This document shows, one piece after another, positions 1 through 12,000 of a stretch of 64,000 nucleotides of DNA. Source of the DNA: Paraphysomonas bandaiensis. Lineage: Eukaryota; Protista; Chrysophyceae. The DNA is taken from NCBI GenBank assembly GCA_965644295.1, contig CBFFRP010000430.1, positions 62,001 to 126,000 of the forward strand. The letters are read 5' to 3'. The notes beneath the pieces were generated by a model. It did no database searches. It saw only the letters and a list, made by a program, of their open reading frames with translations, and was not told the origin of the DNA. The position numbers were made by a program, and so were the translations under genes. Position 1 is the stretch's first letter; every line of letters begins with the position of its first letter.

Positions 1-437
1 TGTATGTATGTATGTATGTATGTATGTATGTATGTATGTATGTATGTATGTATGTATGTATGTATGTATGTATGTATGTATGTATGTATGTATGTATGTA
101 TGTATGTATGTATGTATGTATGTATGTATGTATGTATGTATGTATGTATGTATGTATGTATGTATGTGTGTATGTATGTATGTATGTATGTATGTATGTA
201 TGTATGTATGTATGTATGTATGTATGTATGTATGTATGTATGTATGTATGTATGTATGTATGTATGTATGTATGTATGTATGTATGTATGTATGTATGTA
301 TGTATGTATGTATGTATGTATGTATGTATGTATGTATGTATGTATGTATGTATGTATGTATGTATGTATGTATGTATGTATGTATGTATGTATGTATGTA
401 TGTATGTATGTATGTATGTATGTATGTATGTATGTAT
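1..437 (+). repeat. (TATG)n microsatellite, truncated by window edge
   Basis: Near-perfect TATG tandem; lies about 120 bp upstream of the PFDN6 ATG. Confidence 0.99.
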
Positions 438-556
438 GCTATGGGTACATGCACCGTATTTCATGCACCACATACATAACATACATACATGTCTGTTCAT
501 GTATGTGTATATATCTCGAGGTGTTATTATCACTCATCTCTCAGATAATAGTTACA

Positions 557-1203
557 ATGACCACAGCAATAGACGAAAAGCTCGCTACCTACAAGGAACT
601 ACAGTCTGATATCCAGCAGCTGTATCTGCTGAAGCAACAGTCTCTGGCTCAGTTTAACGAGAACACACTCGTGAAGGGAGTAAGTACACACACATACATA
701 CATACATACACACTGTACCTATGCATACACACACTGTACGTATGATACCATACACACACACGCATATACATACATATATAGTCGTGTACAGTGTCGTATA
801 GTATAACGCCTCTGGACCCTCATGTATGTTGCTATGAAGGAACTGGATATGCTCAATGAAGAAACGCCAGTGTTTAAGCTTGTTGGTCCCGTCCTAATGA
901 AAGTCTCTGCGGAAGGTAATATCATAGCAGATATATATATGTGTGTTTTGCTGAGATATTTATGGATAGAATCCAAAGAAAATGTTGGAAAACGATTACA
1001 GTTTATTGAAGCGGAAATTACGAAGTTAGATAACCAGATCGCTGAAAAGCAGGGCTTGCAAACTACAGTTGGCGAAGAGGTATATACGACATAAATATTT
1101 GTGACAGAAGTTCGTAATTTCTTCTCTTCAGATATCTAAACTACAGCAGGAAATGCAAAAAGACGCGGCCGCTGCCGTGAAGCAAATAGTAGATGACGCG
1201 TAA
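557..1203 (+). CDS. PFDN6: Prefoldin subunit 6 (beta-type), 4 exons: 557-679, 840-915, 970-1079, 1132-1203
   Basis: Spliced at GT-AG: MTTAIDEK...QFNENTLVKG/ELDMLNEETPVFKLVGPVLMKV...ENVGKRLQFIEAEI; typical prefoldin-6 motifs (NEN, FKLVGPVL, NVxKRL). Confidence 0.92.
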
Positions 1204-3422
1204 CACCATTGGTTTGCGTAAGTGCGGTGGAGAAGTTATTGCCCATTTAATCACATGAATAATTTATATGTCATTGTGTATGTTTATACAAGCTGAGTTT
1301 TCCCCGTACATACGTACCACACTTACGCCAATCACTCATATAGTTTTGACAATTACTTATATCGGTTGCTGTAGTTTGGTTGGAATATATTTTCCAAAAC
1401 TTCAACTCTGCGGTTAAGACACGCATAAACCCATACTTATATCATTATACTACTCAGTACTAAGTAGGTATCTATCTTAGAACAACTACAGTGATACCAA
1501 TAGGAATGTGTTATTTCTGAGAAAAAACTGTTTAATACCAAGTACCAAGCGATAGACCTCCGAAGTTAATGCATTATCTCAGTTTTTAAAAATTGAATTG
1601 CATTTAACAGAACGATCATATTAGCTTCGGGAAAATATAAAATATACACATTCAAATTCAATATTCGTTCGAAAAGATATTATCTTTTATTGATTATGAT
1701 ACTGACAGTCATTTTAGGGAGGTAATAAACAACTTTCACCAACAGATTACCAAACACTGTCAAGAATGCAAATGCTTTAAAATTCTACCCCAGGATTGTT
1801 TTTGAAAGCTAAAATATCAAGTACATGCGGAAGGCCCTCAACAAAGTTAGACTCGCACCTTTTCGTGGTGTTCTAGGGGGTAAGTACCTAAGATATTTCT
1901 CCGGGAAACTAACAACGTGAGCCGCATATATAGTCAGCAGTCAGCAAATAACCTTCTGCCCACTCATAACCTAGTACTTGTGTGGTACAAGAAGGGACAT
2001 TTAGTATCACTTGTGTAGACGTCTTTGGGCCATGCGAATAAACAGACATCCTGGAATGGGCTCATCTCAAGGGTATCCGAGGTATTGGGCTGCCTACTGA
2101 AGTCAAGCACCTGGATAGTTCACCTTAAGGACAGAGAGCGAAATTGGTTGCACCATGGTGCTTGCGGTGACACACAAGCAGCTTTCGTAGCACAAAATAG
2201 TAGGATATCTGAGTTAAGCACTAGTTAGTTAAGTTGTTTTGCTACACTAGTTCTGACTCTTACACGCCTATTGTTGATAATAAGACTTTCACAACCAGAT
2301 GCGGAAGGTGATTTGGAGCAGTGGAACTCGTTCCTTTCAGGGTTTGGGTTACGGCGCGCTTCTCAGGATTCCATCGACTAATTCTATTGTTGGCGTTCCT
2401 CATATGATACAGCAAATTCATCATTTCATATGTCTCTCCTTCGAAAGTAGTTTGACTTTTCAGAGGGAACAACTGAATGGCAATAACAAAAGCATGTATA
2501 CTCCGAACACAATGCGAGGATGATGACTTAAAATGTTATGTTCACTTCTTGAAACGAACCTCTGGGAGTAAAAGTGGGGAAAGCCATATATATACAAGTA
2601 AAACGGCGTATTAATCTCGATCAGCAATAGCAAAGAAGATCATCAACTCACACGCTGACAATATATTTTGTAGCACAGAATTTGCTTCTGCTTGATACGG
2701 AGATTTGTTCTCCTCGCAGGAAGGCTTATATCTGCGCATCTGGCGCCCGCAGAAACTTCAATTCGAGGGCATTAAATAACGATATTATGTAGACCGAAGT
2801 AGTCACACTGCTACCATATTACAGGAATTCCACAGCAGCGCCCTAGAAACACATACTGTACTTACTTGGATATAATACCTGGCACGCTTGAAATATTCAG
2901 TGATGGCTAATGCGGGCTTTACTTTAAGTGAAATTAAATAATCATCTAAGCACAAGAGTGACAGAACTGTACAAAGATATATAGATTCTGCTAGCTGCTA
3001 GTGTCCGTGCCGTGTCAGGCACTTGTAGGGATTAAGCGTATAGTTCATAATTGTAATAATTTTGACAATGATGCAACAAGCGACAACAGAAATCGTCGTG
3101 CGACTACGATTTTGCACATTCATGGAAACGCCTCTTGCATTCTTCTGTGAAGTAATTTTACAGTTGTTGTAGCTAATTCTTTGAAATGTATTGACTAGAT
3201 TGAGTTTAGCATAGTTTGGCCCAATTGCAAAGCAATACTTGAAATTTTTATCTGATAGCTATTTCCTCTACCAGCAAGCAACAAACATACTGTACGTACT
3301 AAGAAACTAGTAAGTTCTCAACATCATGAGGAAGAGCTATAATGTTAACTTAGGAAAAAGAGTATTGTCCCTTTACGCTGGATGGTATACCTCTTTATTA
3401 CCCGTGATAAAAGTATAATTAT

Positions 3423-3688
3423 CAGGGCTGCGTATCAATTAATTAATTTTAGTAGAGCTAAGATTGTTGTGATCTTGTGACTGCTTTTTATTTAGAATTA
3501 TTAATGATATTACATATCAACCGTCGCCTCTGAAATGACAGTTGAAGTAGCTATGAGCTATATATTATATATTGGCAGGTAATGTACTTTAGAACTAAAT
3601 AATTGCAATAATTGAAATTGTGACATCAAAAAATAATTGCAATTATAATTGACTACAGCCTACGTCAATTAATTGATACGGAGCCCTG
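3423..3688. mobile_element. hAT-like MITE (non-autonomous)
   Basis: TIR CAGGGCTGCGTATCAATTAATT (3423) vs AATTAATTGATACGGAGCCCTG (ending 3688), 1 mismatch; flanks ATAATTAT / ATAGCTAT (after removing the Copia insertion) resemble a decayed 8-bp TSD. Confidence 0.65.
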
Positions 3689-3695
3689 ATAGCTA

Positions 3696-4002
3696 TATTA
3701 ATTTACGCTTTTAGTTAGTGCAATATTGACTGATTGATATTATAGGAGATATAGTAAGTTTATGATGTTGTAGCCCTGTGAGTTAGGAACCACGTCATTC
3801 ACCAACATCAACATTCTGTTCTACAAATCATATCTTTAACAGCTACTATATTTTCAGTTTCTTTGTATACTTGTAATAGCTACTCCTATACTGTAGTCAT
3901 GTATATTCTGTATTTCATTGCTACATAGAATACAGGATAACTACTAGCGATTGACTTTACCAAACTTCAAGTACGCACGTAGGAGTTGGTTGTAGTTCAA
4001 TA
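3696..4002 (-). repeat. 3' LTR of Copia copy 1
   Basis: Identical by eye to 8568-8874; abuts the PPT (CTCCCACTC on + strand, 4003-4011). Confidence 0.97.
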
Positions 4003-4050
4003 CTCCCACTCAATGAACATATCAGAATATACTGTGATGAGCAAGTCTAC

Positions 4051-7000
4051 TTAGTGCGATACCATAGTGTGCACATGCTGATAGTGCAGCTTCTCGGACA
4101 AGGCTTTAGTCATCACGTCTGCTGTCATCTCTGCCGTTGGCACATGATTCAGCCTGACGATACAGCCTCCCACTTGCTCTCGAATCCAATGATACTTGAT
4201 CCGAATATGCTTGGAACGTTTATGATTTACCGGGTTCTGAGCTAGATCAATCGCACTCTTGCTGTCCATATTCAAGATTGTTGGAGACGCATTCTTACTG
4301 AGCTCAAATCCACGAATTCCGAGCTCTGTCATCACCCCTCGTATCCATACAATCTCCTGAATTGCAGCATATGCAGCCATATATTCAGCTTCCATAGTCG
4401 ACGTAGCCACTGTTGGCTGCAGTCTGGACTGCCATGCAATTGGAGCACCCCACAGATATACGATATACCCTGTAGTGGATCTGCATGTATCCAGATCTCC
4501 GGCCCAATCTGCATCAGAGTACACACATAGAGGGTCTTCATCTGTGAAATTAGGAAATATGATACCTTGATCAACTGTATTTTCTAAATACAATAAAGTA
4601 TGCAGAGCAGCTTGACATGCAGCGTACGTGGGTCTTGTGGTGAACCGGGAGAGAAGATTTACTGTATATGCCATGTCTGGTCTAGTATGCACTGCCAAAT
4701 ACATTAAGGCACCAATAACAGATTGATAGGGAAATGCATCAACGTATTCTCTCTGTTTTCGAGTTTCTTCCTCTTTTGCATCCTTGGACAACTTTAGGCC
4801 AGGTGGTAGAGGTGTGGTTGCCTTGCACCGTCTCTTCTTTTCTGACAACAAGTGATTGAATCTGGCCACAACATCTTTAGCATATGCAGACTGATGTAAC
4901 TTAATCTGGCCATTATGACGCTCAATGGTAAGACCTAAATAATGCTTAAGGTCCCCCATATCTTGCATGGCATATTGAGTCTTAAAGGCGCTGATGACTT
5001 CTTCAATATGACGGCTGTCAGAGCTGAGCACAATGATATCATCTACATACACAAGTATCATATGTAGGTTATCATCAGTACCCTTGAGTACAAATAAACA
5101 TGGGTCAAGAACACATTGTTTATACCCCATCGCCTTTATACTGTCCTTCAGCATTGAATGCCAATTTCGAGGCGCTTGTTTTAGGCCATACAAACTCTTC
5201 AGAATCTTCAAACAACAGCCTTGTGGAATATCTATTCCTGCAGGTGGAGACATAAACACGTCTTCGTCCAGATCTGCATACGGAAATGCCGTTTCTACAT
5301 CGAGTTGACGGAGTTGCAGATTGTATCGCAGAGCCAGTGCTAGTGCTAGCCTAAATGATACACCTTTAGCTACTGGGGAGAATGTCTCATTATAGTCGAC
5401 TCCTTGTTCTTGAGTAAACCCTTTCGCCACAAGTCGAACTTTGAACTTCTTAATTTTTCCAAGATGGTCGCGCTTTACTTTAAAGACCAATTTAGATTTT
5501 ATGATTTTTCGGTGTTTCGGCCTTCGGACAATCTTCCAGCATGTCCTTCGTTCAAGCTTGTGCACCTCCTTCCTGGTAGCTTCAATCCAGTATGTTCTCT
5601 GTGGAGTCTTCTTTGCTTCTGCCAGCGTCTGTGGCTCTTTAATTGTGCTGTTGGAGGAATCAAGAAACAATGAGACATCGCCGAGGACACCAACGTTAAC
5701 AATGTGCCGTTTTTTTCGAGGTCGTTTTTCAGTTCTGGGATTTCGATCTGCCCCACCTGTTGAAGATGCGCCCCGATTTGAGCGGTCAGGAGTCCTCTGT
5801 TCATTGTCACTGTCATTACAAGTCTGATCCAACTCATTTCGCAAACTATTAAACTTGTCGGTCTGACACTTTGTAGAGTGAGTCATCTTTACTACATCTT
5901 TGATATGAATTGGAGTTTGCTCCTCGGTAGTATTTCCTTTCATATCTAATCTCCTATATGCAACAATGACTCCTCTTCTCTCTATCACTCTGGTGGTAAC
6001 ATAACACAGGTGTCCATCAAGATGTCTGAGGCCCACCAGGTACTGATAGTCATTTACACTCTCTGCTGTTTCTGAGGTGTCGATTTGTAGATTATCTATT
6101 TCGTCGAAATACTCCTGTGAACGCTCTGGAATTGACTCATCAAACTGTGCATTGACTGCAACAATAATAGCATTCAGGTCTGGAATATATATTTGGTGTC
6201 CAACAGGTTGTTGACATTGTCCCATATAGTATCCAGGTTTTCCCTTTTCTTTCCACTCTTTGCGGCGCTGCTCCTTCGGCACAATAGCCCATGCCTTGCA
6301 GCCCCAGATCTTCAAGTCACTCACATCTGGTGCGGTTCCAGTAATATACTCAAAAGGTGAGATGTATCCTTTCGTTGTCTTCGTAGGTAACCTGTTGATC
6401 AGATATACAGCATGCAAGACTGCTTTGAACCAAAATACTGATGGCATGCCACTATCGAGCAATATAGCAAGGGCCATCTCCTTCACTGTACGATTAGTGC
6501 GTTCCGATAGCGAATTCATTTCGGGTGTGTCACGTGGAGTCCAAGTAACCTGTACAGTCCTTGTGCTGGTGGTTTCACGTAAGTACTGCCTGACATGTTG
6601 CCCTACTAGTTCTCCTGCGCCATCTGCATGATATCGTCGTAGTTGCAATCCTTCTTTGACAAGTTGGGTCTCTACCATGTCCTTCATACACTTTAACACT
6701 TCACTCCCAGTCTTGTTTTTCAACCCATAAGCCCATACATGTTTTGCATCACTGTGCTTGAATAGTAACACATGTTTGTAGCCTTCCATCGATGGCGTGT
6801 TTAGGACTTCCATCGTATCTGCACTGAGCACCCCTCTCTCCTTTGGGTTGTTGTCTAAGTTCATCAACTGGCGTGGAGTCCTGAAGTTCTTTCTCGTGAG
6901 TTTCGATCGCATGCAGGTATTACATTTGCATATCGTTTTTTTGTGTTTTTTTCTGAAATATTTCTTGTCCAGATTTATTCCATCAACTAGGCCTCGGCGG

Positions 7001-8568
7001 TCGGACTCAGTCAGTTTATCATAGTTGACATGGCCAAGTCTTTTGTGCCATAGAATTCGCTGGTCATCAAACCCCTGCTCCTCAAGTGCTGCTGAGGATT
7101 CTTCTCCAAGCTGAAGTAAGTCTTCGAGTCGAACTGGATATAATCCATTAACACTTCTCTGTCTAATGAGTGTCTTGTTCGTAGTCTTATTTCGAATGAC
7201 GACTTCATCATTATCGAACGTCACAACACAACCCCTATCTGTGATGCTCTTCATATCTACGAGGTTCTTACTTGCTTCAGGTGCGTAGTACACCTTTTTA
7301 AAGCTTCCTACATCGCCAACACTGTGTATTGACAGTTTACCTTTGTTCGCTGTGGACATCTGCCTATCAGCGCGCTGAAGGTTGGTCATGTGGTTTTTGG
7401 AGGTAAGGATCATCTTGTTGCACCCGCTGTCTAAATAAATAACATCTGACATGCTCTGTGCTAGATTCACCTCTTCTTCCACACATATCATCGATTCGTA
7501 TCCCGCTTCATCTTCTGAATCATGTACAGACACTCGCGGTTTCTTCTTGTTCTTGTAGGGTGCCGTTTCCCTTCTAGAGTCTCGCCCCCGTTTAGAACTG
7601 ACCACTGCAGCTTTAGCAGTCTTCAAGTGGAAGCAGTCTTTAGTCTGATGGCCTGGGATGTCACATATCTCACACACAGGTAGCTTTGTTTTGTTATCAC
7701 CCCTGTTTCTGTGATCTCTATCTTTTCTCTGTGATCTTGTCCCCTTCATCCTCTTTATGACATGCTCTGGAGTCTTGCACTCCCTAGCAAAGTGGCCAAG
7801 TTTCTTGCACTTATTGCATCTGCCCTTTCTCTTGTGCTCTTTCCATTTACTGTCATCCACTGCTTGATTGACACTGTCTTCCCCTGAATTTTGCAACGCA
7901 TGCTTGCCGAATGATGTGTTTTCATACCCTTTGATTAGGCTGCTTGCTCTTGCGTATGTCACATCGTTTGCTGTATACAGGCTGTGTGCTAGTTGGGAAT
8001 ATCTCTTGTCTGTGAGACCTTCCTTTAGTCGAGTGAGCTTGTCGTCTTCCGTGACTTCACGACCTAGATTCTCGAGAATCTTGGCCTGGGCTTCAACGCT
8101 GTCGACGAACTCTGCTCCTGACTGACTTGAGGTAATCTTCATTGAATTGAACTTTGTGACCTCTGCCTGTACTGTATTCTTTTCAACATTGAGAAATCTC
8201 TCTTCCAGTGCCTGTAGTAACCCTTTTGCTGTACTTCCTTCGTAGAGAGCCGCTGTTGTGCCTGCTTTTGGGTGAGCATTGCACACTTCCATCAGGAAGG
8301 AGTACGCGGTCTCGTTCCGGGTGTTCCAGAGTTTCTTCGCTTTGCGTAGTCGCTTCTTCTGTGCATCAGTCATATGAGCTCCCGCTGGGACTGTAGAGTC
8401 TAGATCATGAATGTGCCTTGGTTTATCCTTTGAGAGGACAAGATGAGCTCGATTGTGTCTCATGAGGAATGAGGTGAAGAACTTCTTGAATTTCTTGAAG
8501 TTCAGTTCCTCGAAGGGAGGTACCTTTGAGCCTGAGGCGACATTCGTGAAATTTCCATCCGCTGCCAT
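4051..8568 (-). CDS. Copia Gag-Pol polyprotein (Gag with two CCHC knuckles, protease, integrase, RT, RNase H)
   Basis: CNKCKKLGHFAREC and CEICDIPGHQTKDC; YLDSG protease; WHKRLGH/CxxC; ADGAGE...SERTNRT integrase; KVRLVAKGFTQ and YVDD RT; YSDADWAG, EAEY, ADVMTK RNase H; INT before RT is Copia order. Confidence 0.98.
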   Translation of the reverse strand: MAADGNFTNVASGSKVPPFEELNFKKFKKFFTSFLMRHNRAHLVLSKDKPRHIHDLDSTVPAGAHMTDAQKKRLRKAKKLWNTRNETAYSFLMEVCNAHPKAGTTAALYEGSTAKGLLQALEERFLNVEKNTVQAEVTKFNSMKITSSQSGAEFVDSVEAQAKILENLGREVTEDDKLTRLKEGLTDKRYSQLAHSLYTANDVTYARASSLIKGYENTSFGKHALQNSGEDSVNQAVDDSKWKEHKRKGRCNKCKKLGHFARECKTPEHVIKRMKGTRSQRKDRDHRNRGDNKTKLPVCEICDIPGHQTKDCFHLKTAKAAVVSSKRGRDSRRETAPYKNKKKPRVSVHDSEDEAGYESMICVEEEVNLAQSMSDVIYLDSGCNKMILTSKNHMTNLQRADRQMSTANKGKLSIHSVGDVGSFKKVYYAPEASKNLVDMKSITDRGCVVTFDNDEVVIRNKTTNKTLIRQRSVNGLYPVRLEDLLQLGEESSAALEEQGFDDQRILWHKRLGHVNYDKLTESDRRGLVDGINLDKKYFRKKHKKTICKCNTCMRSKLTRKNFRTPRQLMNLDNNPKERGVLSADTMEVLNTPSMEGYKHVLLFKHSDAKHVWAYGLKNKTGSEVLKCMKDMVETQLVKEGLQLRRYHADGAGELVGQHVRQYLRETTSTRTVQVTWTPRDTPEMNSLSERTNRTVKEMALAILLDSGMPSVFWFKAVLHAVYLINRLPTKTTKGYISPFEYITGTAPDVSDLKIWGCKAWAIVPKEQRRKEWKEKGKPGYYMGQCQQPVGHQIYIPDLNAIIVAVNAQFDESIPERSQEYFDEIDNLQIDTSETAESVNDYQYLVGLRHLDGHLCYVTTRVIERRGVIVAYRRLDMKGNTTEEQTPIHIKDVVKMTHSTKCQTDKFNSLRNELDQTCNDSDNEQRTPDRSNRGASSTGGADRNPRTEKRPRKKRHIVNVGVLGDVSLFLDSSNSTIKEPQTLAEAKKTPQRTYWIEATRKEVHKLERRTCWKIVRRPKHRKIIKSKLVFKVKRDHLGKIKKFKVRLVAKGFTQEQGVDYNETFSPVAKGVSFRLALALALRYNLQLRQLDVETAFPYADLDEDVFMSPPAGIDIPQGCCLKILKSLYGLKQAPRNWHSMLKDSIKAMGYKQCVLDPCLFVLKGTDDNLHMILVYVDDIIVLSSDSRHIEEVISAFKTQYAMQDMGDLKHYLGLTIERHNGQIKLHQSAYAKDVVARFNHLLSEKKRRCKATTPLPPGLKLSKDAKEEETRKQREYVDAFPYQSVIGALMYLAVHTRPDMAYTVNLLSRFTTRPTYAACQAALHTLLYLENTVDQGIIFPNFTDEDPLCVYSDADWAGDLDTCRSTTGYIVYLWGAPIAWQSRLQPTVATSTMEAEYMAAYAAIQEIVWIRGVMTELGIRGFELSKNASPTILNMDSKSAIDLAQNPVNHKRSKHIRIKYHWIREQVGGCIVRLNHVPTAEMTADVMTKALSEKLHYQHVHTMVSH

Positions 8569-8874
8569 ATTAATTTACGCTTTTAGTTAGTGCAATATTG
8601 ACTGATTGATATTATAGGAGATATAGTAAGTTTATGATGTTGTAGCCCTGTGAGTTAGGAACCACGTCATTCACCAACATCAACATTCTGTTCTACAAAT
8701 CATATCTTTAACAGCTACTATATTTTCAGTTTCTTTGTATACTTGTAATAGCTACTCCTATACTGTAGTCATGTATATTCTGTATTTCATTGCTACATAG
8801 AATACAGGATAACTACTAGCGATTGACTTTACCAAACTTCAAGTACGCACGTAGGAGTTGGTTGTAGTTCAATA
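8568..8874 (-). repeat. 5' LTR of Copia copy 1
   Basis: Direct repeat of 3696-4002; its last base is the A of the polyprotein ATG. Confidence 0.97.
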
Positions 8875-9050
8875 AGCTATAATACCTAAAATGAGTATGA
8901 TAGGAGGGGGTATAAATAATAGTATAATAATTGACTATACATTGAATCTATTGCATCCTGTACGTTCTAAAATTCTACAATTTAATAGTTCAAAGATGAA
9001 AACAGCTCATAGTTAGTTTATTTAACTTTTCTTGCTAACATCTAAAGCGT

Positions 9051-12000
9051 CTATGACTCTTGTGGTAGAGCCTCTTGGTTATTCCCCGTATGTACTTTAC
9101 TGATATCTGGTACTTGCGCAGGTCTTTCCTCCTCACAACTGACACTCTGACTCTCAACTACTGAGTGGGAATCTGCACAAAGATGAGGAAGAAGGGTCTT
9201 AGCCCAAGGAAGTTCAGCAACATTAAACTCGAAATCTCCACGCCACCCTTTGCTAAAACCAGTGGCGGCATCCTCAGGAGGGCCCTGTCATACAGTTACG
9301 TAACCACAACTACCTGTATTGGTATTTATCATACCTGAGCCATTGTCACAGTATTCATGAACCCTCCTTTAGCATTTTGCTTCAGCGTTGCGTTAATGGG
9401 ATTCCTCTTCTTCGGGGCGGCCACTCGCCCTATGCCGGGTTTCACTAATATAGGCATGACAGCCGCCCTAACAATTACTCCGCTCGCAGCATATGGTAAT
9501 GATGCAGGAAAAAACTCAACCTCATCACCCACATGAATGCTGGATGATCTGAGGTCTCGGCTGTCACAGTAGTAGTTCACATCATCTATACCCAGTCCCA
9601 GCTTGTGGCGATAGTCCTCGCTCACCGCTATCTCCGCGAGGTCAACACCCGACGCATTGATTTTAAGTCTAATTATGACACCCTTCACCATGGCACCAGC
9701 AGTGTTTCTGTTGCTAACACTGGTCTTATTTAGCAGGTTGGAGAGAGGAGTGACACTGTCAGAGGATGGCACTTCATCCTGCGTTGTTGTTGGTGGTGTG
9801 GTCAGCACTCCAGGAGAAAACAGCTCCACGTTCGATGCGCGTAGAGGGGTTCGCTGTTTCACCCAGTTCACGACGGCACTAAATTTAACAAGCGACCCAA
9901 CTGGTGGCAAGTTATCGAGGGGGGAAGTGATTGGAATCGGGACAACAGGAGATGGTGGATAGTATACCGCAACCCCCTCCGAAGAAGATGCGACAGTGGC
10001 AGTAGCCATGGGAACTACACTGGGCTTCACAGATATATCTGGCTTCGTTTCACCACTCTCAGGCTGTTGTTTTTTCTCCCAAATGAGGTTCTCGTCTGTG
10101 CCAGTCGACGCAGTCATTCCTCTATGGGCATTCTTCTTCTCCAGAACTCTTACCGCCGCCCCGGGAATATCAACCATCTTTTTGGCAAGCTCAGGACACT
10201 GACTGAAGTCTACAGGGTATACGAACATGCTCTTCTCAGCCATATTTGTGCCATCTCCAGTTAGGGTATCCTCCGCGGCAGGTCCTTCAACGAGCACTCC
10301 AACACAATCACCTTCCAGCACAATTTCATTACAGTACTTAGATTTTAGTGCTTCAGCCTCAGGTGCACTGGCCGGTGGCGGTTTAACAGTCACAGCAGAG
10401 GCATATCTGACCCCTCCCCTGTTACGAATACAGAAGAAGACTTGAGTTCCAACTGCAAAGCTATCAGGTGTTCCAGCTTCACTCTTCCCATCGTTATCTT
10501 CAGCCCCTTCCGTTGACGAGCTCAGCCATAACAATTTTTCATCCGTTGGGATACATCGAATGTAACCTACCGCCCCTGCAGCAGAACTATCCTTCGCCCT
10601 CACAAATTCCACTACACCAAACTGCATCTCCGCGCCCGGAACAGCCACGTCTTTTACCCGTACAGAAGACGCAACCCTGGATGCACTCTGCCTGTCTACA
10701 CAAAGATCGAACACCACTTGCGCACCCACCCGCACACTACCTAACCCCACACCTCCACCTCCATTGCACATGCCTTCCACATCATTGCGCTGGAAGCGTA
10801 CCCGTTTACCGTCCCCACCTTTGCCCCCAGCTGAAGACTGATTGCCATCCGCACCCTCCTCCGACAATTGGTTCTCCTGGGCCCACTTGGAGTACTCCTC
10901 CGAGTCCTCGATTTTCCAAAGCCGTACCGCTTTACCCCTGCCTGGGAGTTCTCCAGATCCACCCGCACTTAATGTCTGGTGTCCCAGACCTACACGCAAA
11001 CATTAGAACCACGCAATATGCACAAGCGTAAGTATACCTGCAAAATGTTCTCTGACAAGAGTATGTATAGCAAACCGCTGAGCTGGAAGTACATAATCCA
11101 GTACAACTTCTTTGATGTCCGGGGTTTCAGTAATCACACGTAAAGCTGCCATGAGGTTGGAGTAGGCAGCAAGCATATCTCCTGCGACAGTGGGTAGGGT
11201 ATCTTCGTCTTCTGGAACCACCTCGATGATACCAGCGGAATCTTTCTTTGATTCTCGTACCACCACGCCCCTAACTCCTTCTTTCAGCACTGCTCGCGTG
11301 TCTCCAGGTCTATCAGCCACTTGTACACGCACAGCCCTCAACTTGTTCTCCCCACTGTTGCCAACCTGTACCAGAGATAATAATTCATCGTACTACATGC
11401 GCCATGACCTACCGCTTCTAAAATAATCTCACAAGTCACTGCCATGGACATCTTTATAGCCTTTTCGTCCAATATTTCGCCCATTGAGTCTAGCACTTCA
11501 TTGACTCTGAAGTAAGCATCAACGTCACCACTGAATCGAATAAAACCGTAGCCGCGAGACTCCTTCACGTCACAGACAACGCCATGACACCGACCGATAC
11601 CTCGCAGACTCGCCACCTTAACATTTCTCGCGAACACGAGCTTCTCCGGTCTGTATTTTGTGACATCCAGAGTAAGCACATCCCCGACGCGGAGCATAGT
11701 GCCCATTCCTTCAGGTAGGCACCGGGGCCACAGCTCAACGGTTTCTAGCGTTGTCCCGTCATCCAGGGTCACGGGGGAGCACAGACGAAGTGTTCCTGGC
11801 TCTTCCCTGGGATGCAACCTTGGCTCAATTGACACCACTGCCTGGACTTCCTCTGCAAGTGTGTGTTCGAAGGAGACAGTTCCATGAGGAAGATATGAAA
11901 TATGCACCGCCCGGTCACTAAGCTTTCCGCGCGAATGCTCTGATATCACGTAAAACTCAACTTCATCACTCTGCGGTACAGTGAGATTTAAAAAAATGAG

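Larger units (their letters stand above)
3696..8874 (-). mobile_element. Full-length Ty1/Copia LTR retrotransposon, copy 1 (5179 bp), TA...TA LTR termini
   Basis: 307-bp direct LTRs at 3696-4002 and 8568-8874; 5-bp TSD AGCTA (3691-3695, 8875-8879); intact 1505-aa polyprotein. Confidence 0.98.

Noticed and set aside
4-745. Long MYVC-repeat ORFs (also 55622-56232)
   Set aside because: Translations of stop-free TATG/TACA microsatellites; the real gene starts at 557 (PFDN6)
1250-3400. Short ORFs at 2025-2523 and AT-rich intergenic DNA
   Set aside because: No recognisable domain or consistent splice structure; may be decayed transposon but unsupported
4054-8396. Antisense and alternate-frame ORFs inside the Copia elements and host genes
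   Set aside because: Short shadows of real coding sequence with no recognisable motifs
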